Shown piece after piece: positions 36,066 through 44,945 of a stretch of 64,000 nucleotides of DNA (positions within the stretch are counted from its first letter, which is position 1; every line of letters starts with the position of its first letter). Source of the DNA: a virus. Lineage: Duplodnaviria; Caudoviricetes. The translations under genes and the position numbers were made by a program. The notes under the pieces are model-generated. The model ran no database searches. It was not told the origin of the DNA and worked only from the letters and a program-made list of their open reading frames with translations. Location of the stretch: positions 96,001 to 160,000 of IMG/VR virus record IMGVR_UViG_3300042013_000067; one strand, 5' to 3'.

Positions 36066-36962
36066 ATGTCGCTACTGACTGAATACGCAAATCCACCGGT
36101 TGAAGACCTACCTGTGGTTGAAGAAGAACAACCTGAGGCCAATGGACTCAGCGACCTGCTCGAACTGTACGAAACCATCTCCCAAGAAGCGTTCACGGTC
36201 GGTGACCTGAACAGCTGGCTGCAGCGTAAAGCCTCGGTGATCTCTGCTGCCGTACGCGATCAGTTCCGTGTGCTGACCACCTGGAACTTCCGTAAACCGG
36301 AAATCATCAACATCCAGCCGTTGCAGCGGTCGCTGAGTACGTACCAGTACACCGATATCGCTGAACTCGAAATCTACGTGCCGGTGGGCTTCCAGCATCA
36401 ACTGCTGTGGTACGCAACGCTGCTGACGAACTTCTCCCAACCCCTCGCGACTGGCGCTCTGGCTGACGTGTTGTTCCCATCGCAGAAATGCTTTGCTTAC
36501 TACATCAACAACCTCAGTGAAGCCAACGAATCGCGTGAACTGATCTGCACCCCGAAAGTGACCGTGCAGGATCTGACCAAAGTGATCGAAGGCGAGGCCG
36601 AGTATTTCATTCAGGGTAACCACCGCACTACGGCGGCCTTGGGCGATGTGTTCGAGAACAAGCAAGCCATCTTGACCACGGCTGACTTGCTGAATAAGGT
36701 TAACCACAGCCTGTGGCAGCTCGTACCACCCCAGAAGGTACAGGAAGAGACCGCTAAACTGGTCAAGCTTTCCACCACGCTGCTGGGTCTGTTGGAAACC
36801 AACGAAGACAAAGTTAACCCAGTGTTCGTTAAGAGCCTGATGGGTCAACTGGTGGAAGTTGGCCGCTACATCGAGTGGTACGCCGGACTCATGACTCGCT
36901 TGGGTGACTTCACCTCGGCGATGAAGATGAACGAGAAGAACCTGCTCGACATCCAGAAGTAA
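36066..36962 (+). CDS. Internal head protein (phiKZ gp153-like)
   Basis: Acidic N-terminal propeptide ending at ISQE/AF (gp175-type SxE site); YVP.GF motif; TATG element upstream. Confidence 0.65.
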   Translation: MSLLTEYANPPVEDLPVVEEEQPEANGLSDLLELYETISQEAFTVGDLNSWLQRKASVISAAVRDQFRVLTTWNFRKPEIINIQPLQRSLSTYQYTDIAELEIYVPVGFQHQLLWYATLLTNFSQPLATGALADVLFPSQKCFAYYINNLSEANESRELICTPKVTVQDLTKVIEGEAEYFIQGNHRTTAALGDVFENKQAILTTADLLNKVNHSLWQLVPPQKVQEETAKLVKLSTTLLGLLETNEDKVNPVFVKSLMGQLVEVGRYIEWYAGLMTRLGDFTSAMKMNEKNLLDIQK

Positions 36963-36963
36963 C

Positions 36964-37003
36964 CGACATAGGCCCCTCCCGTGATGGGAGGGGCTTTATG
37001 CCG
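36964..37003. terminator. Palindromic intergenic element
   Basis: CGACATAGGCCCCTCCC GTGAT GGGAGGGGCTTTATGCCG between convergent genes. Confidence 0.75.
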
Positions 37004-39496
37004 TTAAGCTATCTTGACTGTACGGTTGTAGACAGGTGGTGTAGTGATGTTGGTGGGGTCCAATACAACCGCCTCAGCGTTAATGAATGCGCCGTGGGTT
37101 GCACTGAAGTGAGAGATGTAGATAATCTGCGATACCTGACCCATCTCGATTAGTTTCATCAAGAATGGAATCACGTTCTGACGATGCTGTTCATCGAACG
37201 AGCTGGCGAATTCATCCAAGAACAACGGATAATCTTCCAGCCCCAAGAACTTCATCAGAATCAAACGGAATGCAAAGTTCACCACATCCCGCTGCGACGT
37301 ACTACCCCGTGCGATATCAGGCGCCATCACAGCACCGTTACGCACGTTAATCGGGAAGTTGTAGTCGAGTTCGTCTTTGTCCACCTTAGAAGGCAACACC
37401 TCCATCGGGTAAGTCCAGATTTCCTCGATCACCGCGTTCAACAGTTTGACGATGTTCTGCATGAACCCCATCAGGTAACGACCAATCAACCCGTCAGTGG
37501 GTGACATGGCCTTAGCCAACAACTGCATGTCGGAATACCATTGCTGGGCTTCCTTGTGCTCACGCTCGATATCTTTGAGTGTATGCTCACGCAGTTCAAA
37601 GCGATGTAACGATGCCTGTAGGTCAGACAGCTTCAAACTGGTGTGCTTGATCTCTTCATCATAACCGAGTTTAACCAGATCGACGATTTGCTCATTGACT
37701 TGGCGCATGTAGTGGCTAAGCTCAGCCTCTAACAACTCAGTCGACCGACCATAGGCATCTACAGTACCGACCACCTGACGCAACCGCCGGGCTTCCTGCT
37801 GGTGGATCTGTTGTTGGTCAGCGATGTGGACAATCTTGTTCTCGACTTGTTCCTGACGACGTTTAATGTAGTCAGCCTGACTGCGATCCACGGTGTTGTA
37901 ACGTTCGAGCTTCTCGGCAATGACTTTAACCCGGTTGGCGGCCTCTGTCATCTCGATGTAGGCTGTTTGTGCCGTATGCCAAGCGATGATACTGTTTAGC
38001 TCTCTACGTGGCTCTACGAACATCACACGCCGTGCAATCGCATAATCCCACAACGGCTTATAAAGCTCGTATTGACGAACCAGTTGACGGAAGCGGTTGA
38101 TGAAGGTCAGATAGTCATCGTAAGCCTCGATGTAATCCTTGAGTGTTGTTTGCTCAGCCTCCAGTCCCTCAATGGTCGTACCCAGCTGCAAACAGTTGGC
38201 TTCAGCTAGCTTTACATCCTCTGGCGACTGACCCGGTACAAACTGATGGGTACAATCAGGGCAGATGACGTGCTCACAGCCTCTGAGCTGCGCTAGGCGA
38301 CGCGAGGCCGACGAATGCCGCTCACTCAGCGACTGGATGCGTGTCTTGTTCTCAGAGAAGCGTAGACGCGCATCTGTTCCTTTCTGGTGGTTGAAGTATT
38401 CGTCATGGTTAACTGGAAACTCAGTGACCAATGCCGTCCACGTCTGTACCATCTCATCCAGCATTGCTTTAGAATGCGGGAAGACCTCATGCAGCACCAA
38501 CGGCCATGGCCCCGTGTCGCCTAACGACACCTGACCCCGTTCACGGATACGTGCTTCAAGTACAGCGACCTCTTCGCGAAGTTCAGTGATTTGCTCGGGG
38601 GTACCGATGTCATCCACTGGTATCTTTTGCCGCTCGATATCGTCCAGTTCCTGGGCCAGCTCTTCGATCTGCTGCTTGGCACTGTGTGCGGTGTGGTCAG
38701 CAACGTGGATACGTCCTTCGATATCCGACTTGGACTTGACGCCATAGAGGTCAGGGGAGTTTGGTTGTGCCTCCAGATGCTGACGGGTACGGTTGCGTAG
38801 GTTATCCAGCCGTGAAGTGAAGTCAATCACATTACTGCGCTTAGCCGGCTCATTACCCCGAACACGGTAAAGCATTTGCAGGCGTGCTGTGAGTTCGTCG
38901 ATCTGTGTACGGTAGCCTTGCATCTCTGCATCACTAGGCAGGTCGATGTTTTCGTTGGCCATACGCTTGGCATTGTGGTTAACCACCCCACGGGCATCAC
39001 TGATAAAGCTTTTGATCGCACTGAACTTACTGAACGCAAAGGTCAGATCGATTGGTGACATCCGAGTCAACCACTCACGACGTTTGCTAGTCGCCATACC
39101 GCTAAAGGGCATAAGCCCAATCAACACCTCGTGAATATTGCGATCCATTTTCAGGATACGCATAACGAGTTCTTTCTGTACGGCGAACGTACCGCCGGGG
39201 TTTAGTTCCTCGGAGTCACGCATGAAACTGTGTTTGCCAGTGCCACGACCACTATAAGTAGAAACCAATGCATAGTAGCTGTTGTTGTGCGTACAGTGAA
39301 ACTCTTTAGAGCCACCCGGCTCGAACTGATCGTGGTGTGCAGGGCATGGTGTCATCTCTTCTAATACAGAGGACTTACCCGAACCGTTGCTACCCAATAA
39401 CAGAATGATGTTGCTAAGCGGAGTCCACTCAAAATGGCGGATGTTCGACAGCATCAAACGTTTGTAATTGATAAGGACCAGTTTGGTAATCTTCAT
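37004..39496 (-). CDS. sbcC: SbcC/Rad50-like SMC ATPase (phiKZ gp165-like)
   Basis: Walker A GSNGSGKS, long coiled coils, CPDC zinc hook, signature variant GSTSQ, Walker B LFLDEF, H-loop ISH. Confidence 0.9.
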   Translation of the reverse strand: MKITKLVLINYKRLMLSNIRHFEWTPLSNIILLLGSNGSGKSSVLEEMTPCPAHHDQFEPGGSKEFHCTHNNSYYALVSTYSGRGTGKHSFMRDSEELNPGGTFAVQKELVMRILKMDRNIHEVLIGLMPFSGMATSKRREWLTRMSPIDLTFAFSKFSAIKSFISDARGVVNHNAKRMANENIDLPSDAEMQGYRTQIDELTARLQMLYRVRGNEPAKRSNVIDFTSRLDNLRNRTRQHLEAQPNSPDLYGVKSKSDIEGRIHVADHTAHSAKQQIEELAQELDDIERQKIPVDDIGTPEQITELREEVAVLEARIRERGQVSLGDTGPWPLVLHEVFPHSKAMLDEMVQTWTALVTEFPVNHDEYFNHQKGTDARLRFSENKTRIQSLSERHSSASRRLAQLRGCEHVICPDCTHQFVPGQSPEDVKLAEANCLQLGTTIEGLEAEQTTLKDYIEAYDDYLTFINRFRQLVRQYELYKPLWDYAIARRVMFVEPRRELNSIIAWHTAQTAYIEMTEAANRVKVIAEKLERYNTVDRSQADYIKRRQEQVENKIVHIADQQQIHQQEARRLRQVVGTVDAYGRSTELLEAELSHYMRQVNEQIVDLVKLGYDEEIKHTSLKLSDLQASLHRFELREHTLKDIEREHKEAQQWYSDMQLLAKAMSPTDGLIGRYLMGFMQNIVKLLNAVIEEIWTYPMEVLPSKVDKDELDYNFPINVRNGAVMAPDIARGSTSQRDVVNFAFRLILMKFLGLEDYPLFLDEFASSFDEQHRQNVIPFLMKLIEMGQVSQIIYISHFSATHGAFINAEAVVLDPTNITTPPVYNRTVKIA

Positions 39497-39561
39497 GGTC
39501 TTTTTGATCCAGCTCAATGGTTATATACAAGATAACACCTGCGTATTTTTAAGAGGTCGTC

Positions 39562-40371
39562 ATGGAGAGTGTGTTCAAGCTTTACAGTATCGGCTATGTG
39601 GGGGAGAACAAACCACGCACTGACCGGTTTGTAAACGTCCTCCCCGTAGAGGACGCTGGTGGTACCGATGGCGAAGTAACCTTCAACCCACAGAAGGAAA
39701 CCCTCAAGGGCACCGACAAAGACGGTAAGCAATACGACGTTACGTCCACCACCGACAGCACCATTAACTGTGAGTGGTTGCCTTCTGGGTCAAACCGCTT
39801 CACCCCACCGGACGTAGTGCGGGGTGAGCTGGTTGAGATCTTTCGTTTGGGCGATACCGATCAATACTACTGGCGCTGTATGGGCCTACGGGACAACCTA
39901 CGCACACTGGAGACGGTTATCTTTGCTTTCAGTGGTTCACCTACCGCGGGCACTGGACCACTCAACCTAGAGCGTTGCTACTTCTTTGAGCTCTCTACCC
40001 ATGAAGGTCTGGTGACGTTCTCGACGGCAATGGCTAACGGTGAGCCATTCCTGTTCACCACTCAGTACAACACCAAAGAAGGCACATTCCTATTAACCGA
40101 CGATATCGCTAATAGCTTCTTCTTGAACTGTAAAGAACGTTGGTGGAAGATGGCCAACGCTGACGGCAGCTTTATGGAGATCAACAAGAAGAAGATCATG
40201 ATGTCAGCGGATGAAGAGATCGTGTTCAAGTGTGGTGGCTCGACGCACACGATGAAACCTGCGGAGATCGCTATGAAATCCACACGGGTGTATGTCGATG
40301 GCGGCGGTACCACGTGGGAGCAGGTGGGTGCTGGTCTTACCGTCAGTGGTCCTAAATACACCTTCGCTTAA
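39562..40371 (+). CDS. Baseplate central spike protein (phiKZ gp164-like)
   Basis: OB-fold-like N-terminus (NR.TPPDV.RGE.V), beta-helix-like C-terminus; immediately upstream of the PAAR gene. Confidence 0.75.
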   Translation: MESVFKLYSIGYVGENKPRTDRFVNVLPVEDAGGTDGEVTFNPQKETLKGTDKDGKQYDVTSTTDSTINCEWLPSGSNRFTPPDVVRGELVEIFRLGDTDQYYWRCMGLRDNLRTLETVIFAFSGSPTAGTGPLNLERCYFFELSTHEGLVTFSTAMANGEPFLFTTQYNTKEGTFLLTDDIANSFFLNCKERWWKMANADGSFMEINKKKIMMSADEEIVFKCGGSTHTMKPAEIAMKSTRVYVDGGGTTWEQVGAGLTVSGPKYTFA

Positions 40372-40382
40372 AGGAGTTCGGT

Positions 40383-40649
40383 ATGCCCAACGTATCGCTC
40401 GTAGGAGAGTCCGAAGCCGGTGGGGTTATCTCTGGACCAGGTGCTGCCAAGTTCACCGTAGCAGGCCGGCCAGTGTCTCTGGTGGGGGATGACGTCAACA
40501 ACCACGGACCGGGGCTGCATGCTGGGCCTAAAATGGTCTCAGGTTCGGGTAAACTCACCGTCGGTGGTATTGCGGTGGTGATCCAAGGCAGTGCGGCCAG
40601 CTGTGGACATACGGCATCAGGTAACCCCAAGATGGCTGTAGGCAGTTAA
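40383..40649 (+). CDS. PAAR-domain spike tip protein (phiKZ gp163.1-like)
   Basis: V.G.PV..VGD, HG...H, V.G..V...G....CGH metal-binding pattern; GGAG SD. Confidence 0.85.
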   Translation: MPNVSLVGESEAGGVISGPGAAKFTVAGRPVSLVGDDVNNHGPGLHAGPKMVSGSGKLTVGGIAVVIQGSAASCGHTASGNPKMAVGS

Positions 40650-40689
40650 CGACATAACACCCGCCCCTTGTGAGGGCGGGTTTATGCCG
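40650..40689. terminator. Palindromic intergenic element
   Basis: CGACATAACACCCGCCC CTTGTGA GGGCGGGTTTATGCCG between convergent genes. Confidence 0.7.
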
Positions 40690-40697
40690 TGTTGGGC

Positions 40698-41129
40698 CTA
40701 GTGCTGGGATATCGGGCACTGCTCGTTAACGCAATACAACATGAGATGACTGATGTCCTTCTTAAGCACTTCATCATCGTCATACTTCAGCCAGCACGGA
40801 GTATGCTTGAGTACACGTGCAACGTAATACTCGAAGCGTTCCCCGTCGATCCGATGGATCGGCAGAATATGACTCCAAACATACGGGGCCACGAACACAG
40901 AGAACTGTAAGTGACCCACATGACGGGTTAAGCCGAAAGCTTCATTAACTTGCGTAAGACGGTCTTTGTCGTCTTCGTTACACTCCGCAAACCGCGCGTA
41001 GAGCGACGAGAGAAGACTCATCCGTCTGAAGTCAATCGGCGTTCGATTCCACAAAGCAATCCAGCCACGTTCCAGCAGGCCGGGCCGTTTGGTTTGAGTT
41101 TGTATTAGCATGTTGGTTGCCTTCGTCAT
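40698..41129 (-). CDS. Hypothetical protein
   Basis: ATG 41129 overlaps the RNase H stop (ATGA). Confidence 0.6.
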   Translation of the reverse strand: MTKATNMLIQTQTKRPGLLERGWIALWNRTPIDFRRMSLLSSLYARFAECNEDDKDRLTQVNEAFGLTRHVGHLQFSVFVAPYVWSHILPIHRIDGERFEYYVARVLKHTPCWLKYDDDEVLKKDISHLMLYCVNEQCPISQH

Positions 41130-42604
41130 TTTTTGAGAATGAACTGTGTATAAGGGCATGTGTAGATCAACACACCATCAGTACAATCCACTACGGTTGT
41201 GAAGGAGTAGCACAGCGGACCACTGGCAACAACTAGGACTGAGACTTTCGGCTCAGACTCAGCAATACGTGCCAAGGTATTACGAACCGGAATATCCAGC
41301 CCCAGTACCAATTTCAGCTTTATTTCAACGCCACTCACAACCGCAGGGATTTCAATGAATGACGTATTATTGGTTATGGTCGCGTGCAGTTTGTTTACGG
41401 GCTTTTTCTTGCCCTCTTGGTGGACGTAGAACAGTTGGTCAGTGATATCAATGACCTGAACTGCTTTACCAACGTTGCCGTTGCAGTAGTCGTCCAGTTG
41501 TTGCTTTAGCACGCTGAAAAGTTTGACGGCTTCATACGCTTGCTTTGGCGGACTCAGAGTCTTGCTCACCAGCGTATCGTCTGGCGCTACTGTCGCCTGG
41601 ATGTTCTTAACCTTGGCGAATCCCGCGTCCCCCATCTCCATGTACCGCTTGCGCAGGTTTGGCGTCAGGACGTTATCCAAACGCAAAATAGCGGGTTGCG
41701 AATACAACGAAACATGGTTCCGCCTGTGGTTGTCCATCAACTCTTCCAGGTAAGGATCACGCTCCGGGGTCTTGAGGATGCAGAATACTGCTTCAGCCAA
41801 GCGGCGCCCTAGGATCAAATCCGTTTTAGCGATCTTCTCCATGGTGCTGTCAGTTTGTTTGTGGCCATACGTGTGTGCACGACCCAATGAGTACATGCAG
41901 TAGTAGTTGCCCTGTTCCAATGGAACAGCAGCAGCTGCATCGAACAACAGCCGTGTCCGTTGCAACAACGGGTTAGCGGCTTCGATCTTGTTGGCCTGTA
42001 CGATCTCGTTATACGTGACCGTAACTTTGTCGGTGCGGTAGGCAGTAGCCAAGAGAGCATTACCATCAGCGCATTCATTGCCGCGATGGCCAGCGTGACC
42101 TTTGATCCACTCGATATCGAGGTTTCGGCCTTCTGCTAGCCACGCGTCTTTGACGGTGACCAGGTGCTCCCAGTACTCACGGTTAGCGACGGGACTACCG
42201 TCGGGTTTAATCCAGTCGTTCTTGACCCACTTGGGTATGCTGCGGAACAGGTTCTTCTGCACATACTCACTGTCGGTGTAGACCAACAACTTCTGGACGT
42301 CTGCTTCTTTGGCTAGACCAAAGGTTTCGATAACGGCTTGCAGCTCGGCGACGTTGTTCGTTACCTTCCGGGCGGGAACGGTGGCGTAAGCATCCACGTA
42401 AGTTACGATAGCGCAACTCTCTGCGAGCGGCACTTCTTGGTAACCTTTAGGGGTGGGTAATTGTTTTTCCCCCTTGGCGTGCTCTAGTGCACCTGCGGTG
42501 TACACGTAAGCATGCACACCCCAACCGGCTAACCCACGACGGAAACTGCCGTCAGCGTAGGCCACCATGCCTACCTTAGTGGGCTCAGTCGATTCAGTGC
42601 TCAT
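41126..42604 (-). CDS. rnhA: Ribonuclease HI with long C-terminal extension (phiKZ gp155-like)
   Basis: YADGS, TNNVAELQA, YTDSEY, WIKGHAGHRGNECAD catalytic motifs. Confidence 0.9.
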   Translation of the reverse strand: MSTESTEPTKVGMVAYADGSFRRGLAGWGVHAYVYTAGALEHAKGEKQLPTPKGYQEVPLAESCAIVTYVDAYATVPARKVTNNVAELQAVIETFGLAKEADVQKLLVYTDSEYVQKNLFRSIPKWVKNDWIKPDGSPVANREYWEHLVTVKDAWLAEGRNLDIEWIKGHAGHRGNECADGNALLATAYRTDKVTVTYNEIVQANKIEAANPLLQRTRLLFDAAAAVPLEQGNYYCMYSLGRAHTYGHKQTDSTMEKIAKTDLILGRRLAEAVFCILKTPERDPYLEELMDNHRRNHVSLYSQPAILRLDNVLTPNLRKRYMEMGDAGFAKVKNIQATVAPDDTLVSKTLSPPKQAYEAVKLFSVLKQQLDDYCNGNVGKAVQVIDITDQLFYVHQEGKKKPVNKLHATITNNTSFIEIPAVVSGVEIKLKLVLGLDIPVRNTLARIAESEPKVSVLVVASGPLCYSFTTVVDCTDGVLIYTCPYTQFILKK

Positions 42605-42655
42605 CTTGCGGCATCCTTAAATTGAATAACTACACTATTTCGGGGATGCGTATAA

Positions 42656-43069
42656 CTATCCCTGACACCCGGTCAGATGCGTGCGGTGAGCATCATCAAT
42701 GACTTTACGTTCACGTTTAATCAACATGCGCAGTTCATTGATGTAGCCAGCAATCGCTGTCTCCAGTTCCGTGCCACCGAGGGGCGTGAAGTCAGGTTTT
42801 ACCGGCAACGTCTGACGTGTGGGGATAACAAATGGAATACACCCTGTTCGTATTACGGGCCGTTCCTTCGGAGTTTCCCTAGGGGTAGATGGACGTGACG
42901 CCACCTTGGCTCGCTGCGGTGCTTCCTTCTCCACAGTTTTGGTTTTTACAGTACGGTAAGTTTTAACTTCGGTGGTGTGATGCGTGACATCAGACTGTCG
43001 TGCATCGATCACCACACACCCCGGCAATACACCGAGTAGGAGGCCGACGGCCAGCTTAGCAAGGCGCAT
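42656..43069 (-). CDS. Putative lipoprotein
   Basis: MRLAKLAVGLLLGVLPGC signal/lipobox; AAGGA SD. Confidence 0.65.
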   Translation of the reverse strand: MRLAKLAVGLLLGVLPGCVVIDARQSDVTHHTTEVKTYRTVKTKTVEKEAPQRAKVASRPSTPRETPKERPVIRTGCIPFVIPTRQTLPVKPDFTPLGGTELETAIAGYINELRMLIKRERKVIDDAHRTHLTGCQG

Positions 43070-43071
43070 AT

Positions 43072-43368
43072 TCAGTCCTTCAGTAGATCATTAAAGCGAT
43101 GGGTTTCGAATGGTGCGACACAGGTACAAGGCACATTCGCCGTTCCAGCCCGATGGGCTGCTTGCTCTTCTTTTAGTTCAGAGAGTCTTATTGTCGAGAT
43201 GACAAGCGACAGCACCAACATGAGAATGATCCCCAGCATGTAGGTGAACAGCAGGTTCTCTCTTATAACTTCGACAACAGTACGATCCTTGAAGATAGCC
43301 GATCGAAGATACGGCCACAAGAGGCGAAGTGCTTTGAAGAGTAATCGACCTAAATTTAAGTACGACAT
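43072..43368 (-). CDS. Single-pass membrane protein
   Basis: TM segment LLFTYMLGIILMLVLSLVI; GAGG SD. Confidence 0.7.
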   Translation of the reverse strand: MSYLNLGRLLFKALRLLWPYLRSAIFKDRTVVEVIRENLLFTYMLGIILMLVLSLVISTIRLSELKEEQAAHRAGTANVPCTCVAPFETHRFNDLLKD

Positions 43369-43568
43369 TTATTGCCTCTATGTTATCAAGCCTTGAGACA
43401 ATACCTACCGTCGACCTCACACAAAAGCCTTCACGATTAGGGTAGGAATCCCATTTTTACTTTTAGTTCATTGGCAGAATATTCAATTATAGTGGTGTCC
43501 CACTTTAGGTGTCAATGGAAAAGTGGTTGATTTTATAGTGGAACCAAATCTACACCACAGCTGAGGAA

Positions 43569-44888
43569 ATGCCGTACATGCACACCTTAAAAGGTTTTTA
43601 CACTTACGACAGTACTAGAAACAACCAGCTGAACCAAACCGCCCTCTTCGGTGAGCTGTCGGCAGATAGCGAAAGCTACGCCAAAGACAAGTTGGTTTAC
43701 ACCAACGGGGTTGTGTCTGGTGAGACGTCACTGGTTGTCTTCTATACCGTTAAGGACGAGGTGCGGGTTGAACTCCCAATCACCGTTTCCAACAACGCTC
43801 TGACTATCGGTGCATGGCTGCTGGCACGTGCTCGTGCTGGCCAAATCCCGACTGACGCTTTTGTATTGCGTCAACAACTCAACGCCGAATTCAGTACAGC
43901 TGCAGCTGACTTCCAAATCGGTGCCCTGCTGTCCGACGGCACTCTGCGTCTGCCTGAGTGGGTCAGCTACACCGACACCACCACAGCAGAACCCACCATT
44001 GCTACCTGGTGGTTGTCGGATACCAGCTTCCGCAACCAATACGACGAGTTCACCATCGAGGTTGTCCCGCCAATCTTGCCGTTGAATGACTTCTTCAAAG
44101 ATCCACTGTTGGTTAAGCAGCTGTTGGCTGCCTATGACCTCGTGGCTAAAACCGAGGAAGTGCAGGCCAAGCGCGGTGAATACCCATTCACCATGATCAA
44201 GACCTTCCGTTACGACTACCACAACCCAGCGAACCAAGCGGATAAAACACCGACGTACTGGATGGTGATCATCTACGGTCAAGCGGGTAACAACCCTGAC
44301 TTGATCCGTGAGGCCATCGTTAAGCAGGTGTTGGACAACTCCACACACACTCAAGAAGAATGGGCGGCAATCCTGCCTGACCTGTTTCGCACCACGGAGT
44401 TCATCTTCACCCCTTTCTGGGATCAGTACTCAATCCCTAACCACGAGTTCCAAGCGGGCATCTACAGTCCGACGGTTGACCCACGTGAACGCCTAGCGCT
44501 GCTTAAGCGTACCGCGCGGGGTGCCGGTTACAACGACCTGTACGTTGAGAACCGTTATGAACTCACTCTCAACATCTACAAGTCTCTGGCGATGGGTGTC
44601 TTGGGCAACCCTGACAACCGCGACGGGATCACGCAGTTCTCGGACAAATGGTCTGAGTACATGGTCGTGACGAACAACACCCCAGATGCCGACCGCATGT
44701 CAGCGGATACGGCTGAGTGGTCTGCCTTGTTCAGCCGCTTGCTTGTGGCTGCTGAAGAAATGACCATGTTCACCAGCGTGCCCGTGGGTCTGTCTCGTAT
44801 CCGTCGTGACGGTATCGTCTACGCCTCGGGCTTCTATAAGAACGTAAACTACCTGGTGGTTGCAAAACCAACCGTGGAATCCCTGTAA
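43569..44888 (+). CDS. Virion structural protein (phiKZ gp157-like)
   Basis: 439 aa, GAGG SD; N....A.FGELS..S..Y.KD motif recalled from this family; synteny. Confidence 0.65.
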   Translation: MPYMHTLKGFYTYDSTRNNQLNQTALFGELSADSESYAKDKLVYTNGVVSGETSLVVFYTVKDEVRVELPITVSNNALTIGAWLLARARAGQIPTDAFVLRQQLNAEFSTAAADFQIGALLSDGTLRLPEWVSYTDTTTAEPTIATWWLSDTSFRNQYDEFTIEVVPPILPLNDFFKDPLLVKQLLAAYDLVAKTEEVQAKRGEYPFTMIKTFRYDYHNPANQADKTPTYWMVIIYGQAGNNPDLIREAIVKQVLDNSTHTQEEWAAILPDLFRTTEFIFTPFWDQYSIPNHEFQAGIYSPTVDPRERLALLKRTARGAGYNDLYVENRYELTLNIYKSLAMGVLGNPDNRDGITQFSDKWSEYMVVTNNTPDADRMSADTAEWSALFSRLLVAAEEMTMFTSVPVGLSRIRRDGIVYASGFYKNVNYLVVAKPTVESL

Positions 44889-44945
44889 CGTCATAAAAGG
44901 GGAGGGTAGCCTCCCCTTTTATGTTTGTGTTATGACGAGGCGTTT

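Noticed and set aside
37004-39496. SMC ATPase as part of a Wadjet/MksBEF-type defence system
   Set aside because: No kleisin, KITE or nuclease partners are adjacent. The CPDC zinc hook and context fit the phage SbcC/Rad50 core gene.
39562-40649. Spike plus PAAR as a type VI secretion or toxin locus
   Set aside because: No effector or immunity genes; the context is the phage contractile-tail tip.
43369-43568. Possible tRNA or structured ncRNA in the larger intergenic gaps (also 50840-50964)
   Set aside because: No cloverleaf, T-loop GTTCRA or CCA end was recognised. The gap is better explained as an AT-rich divergent promoter region.
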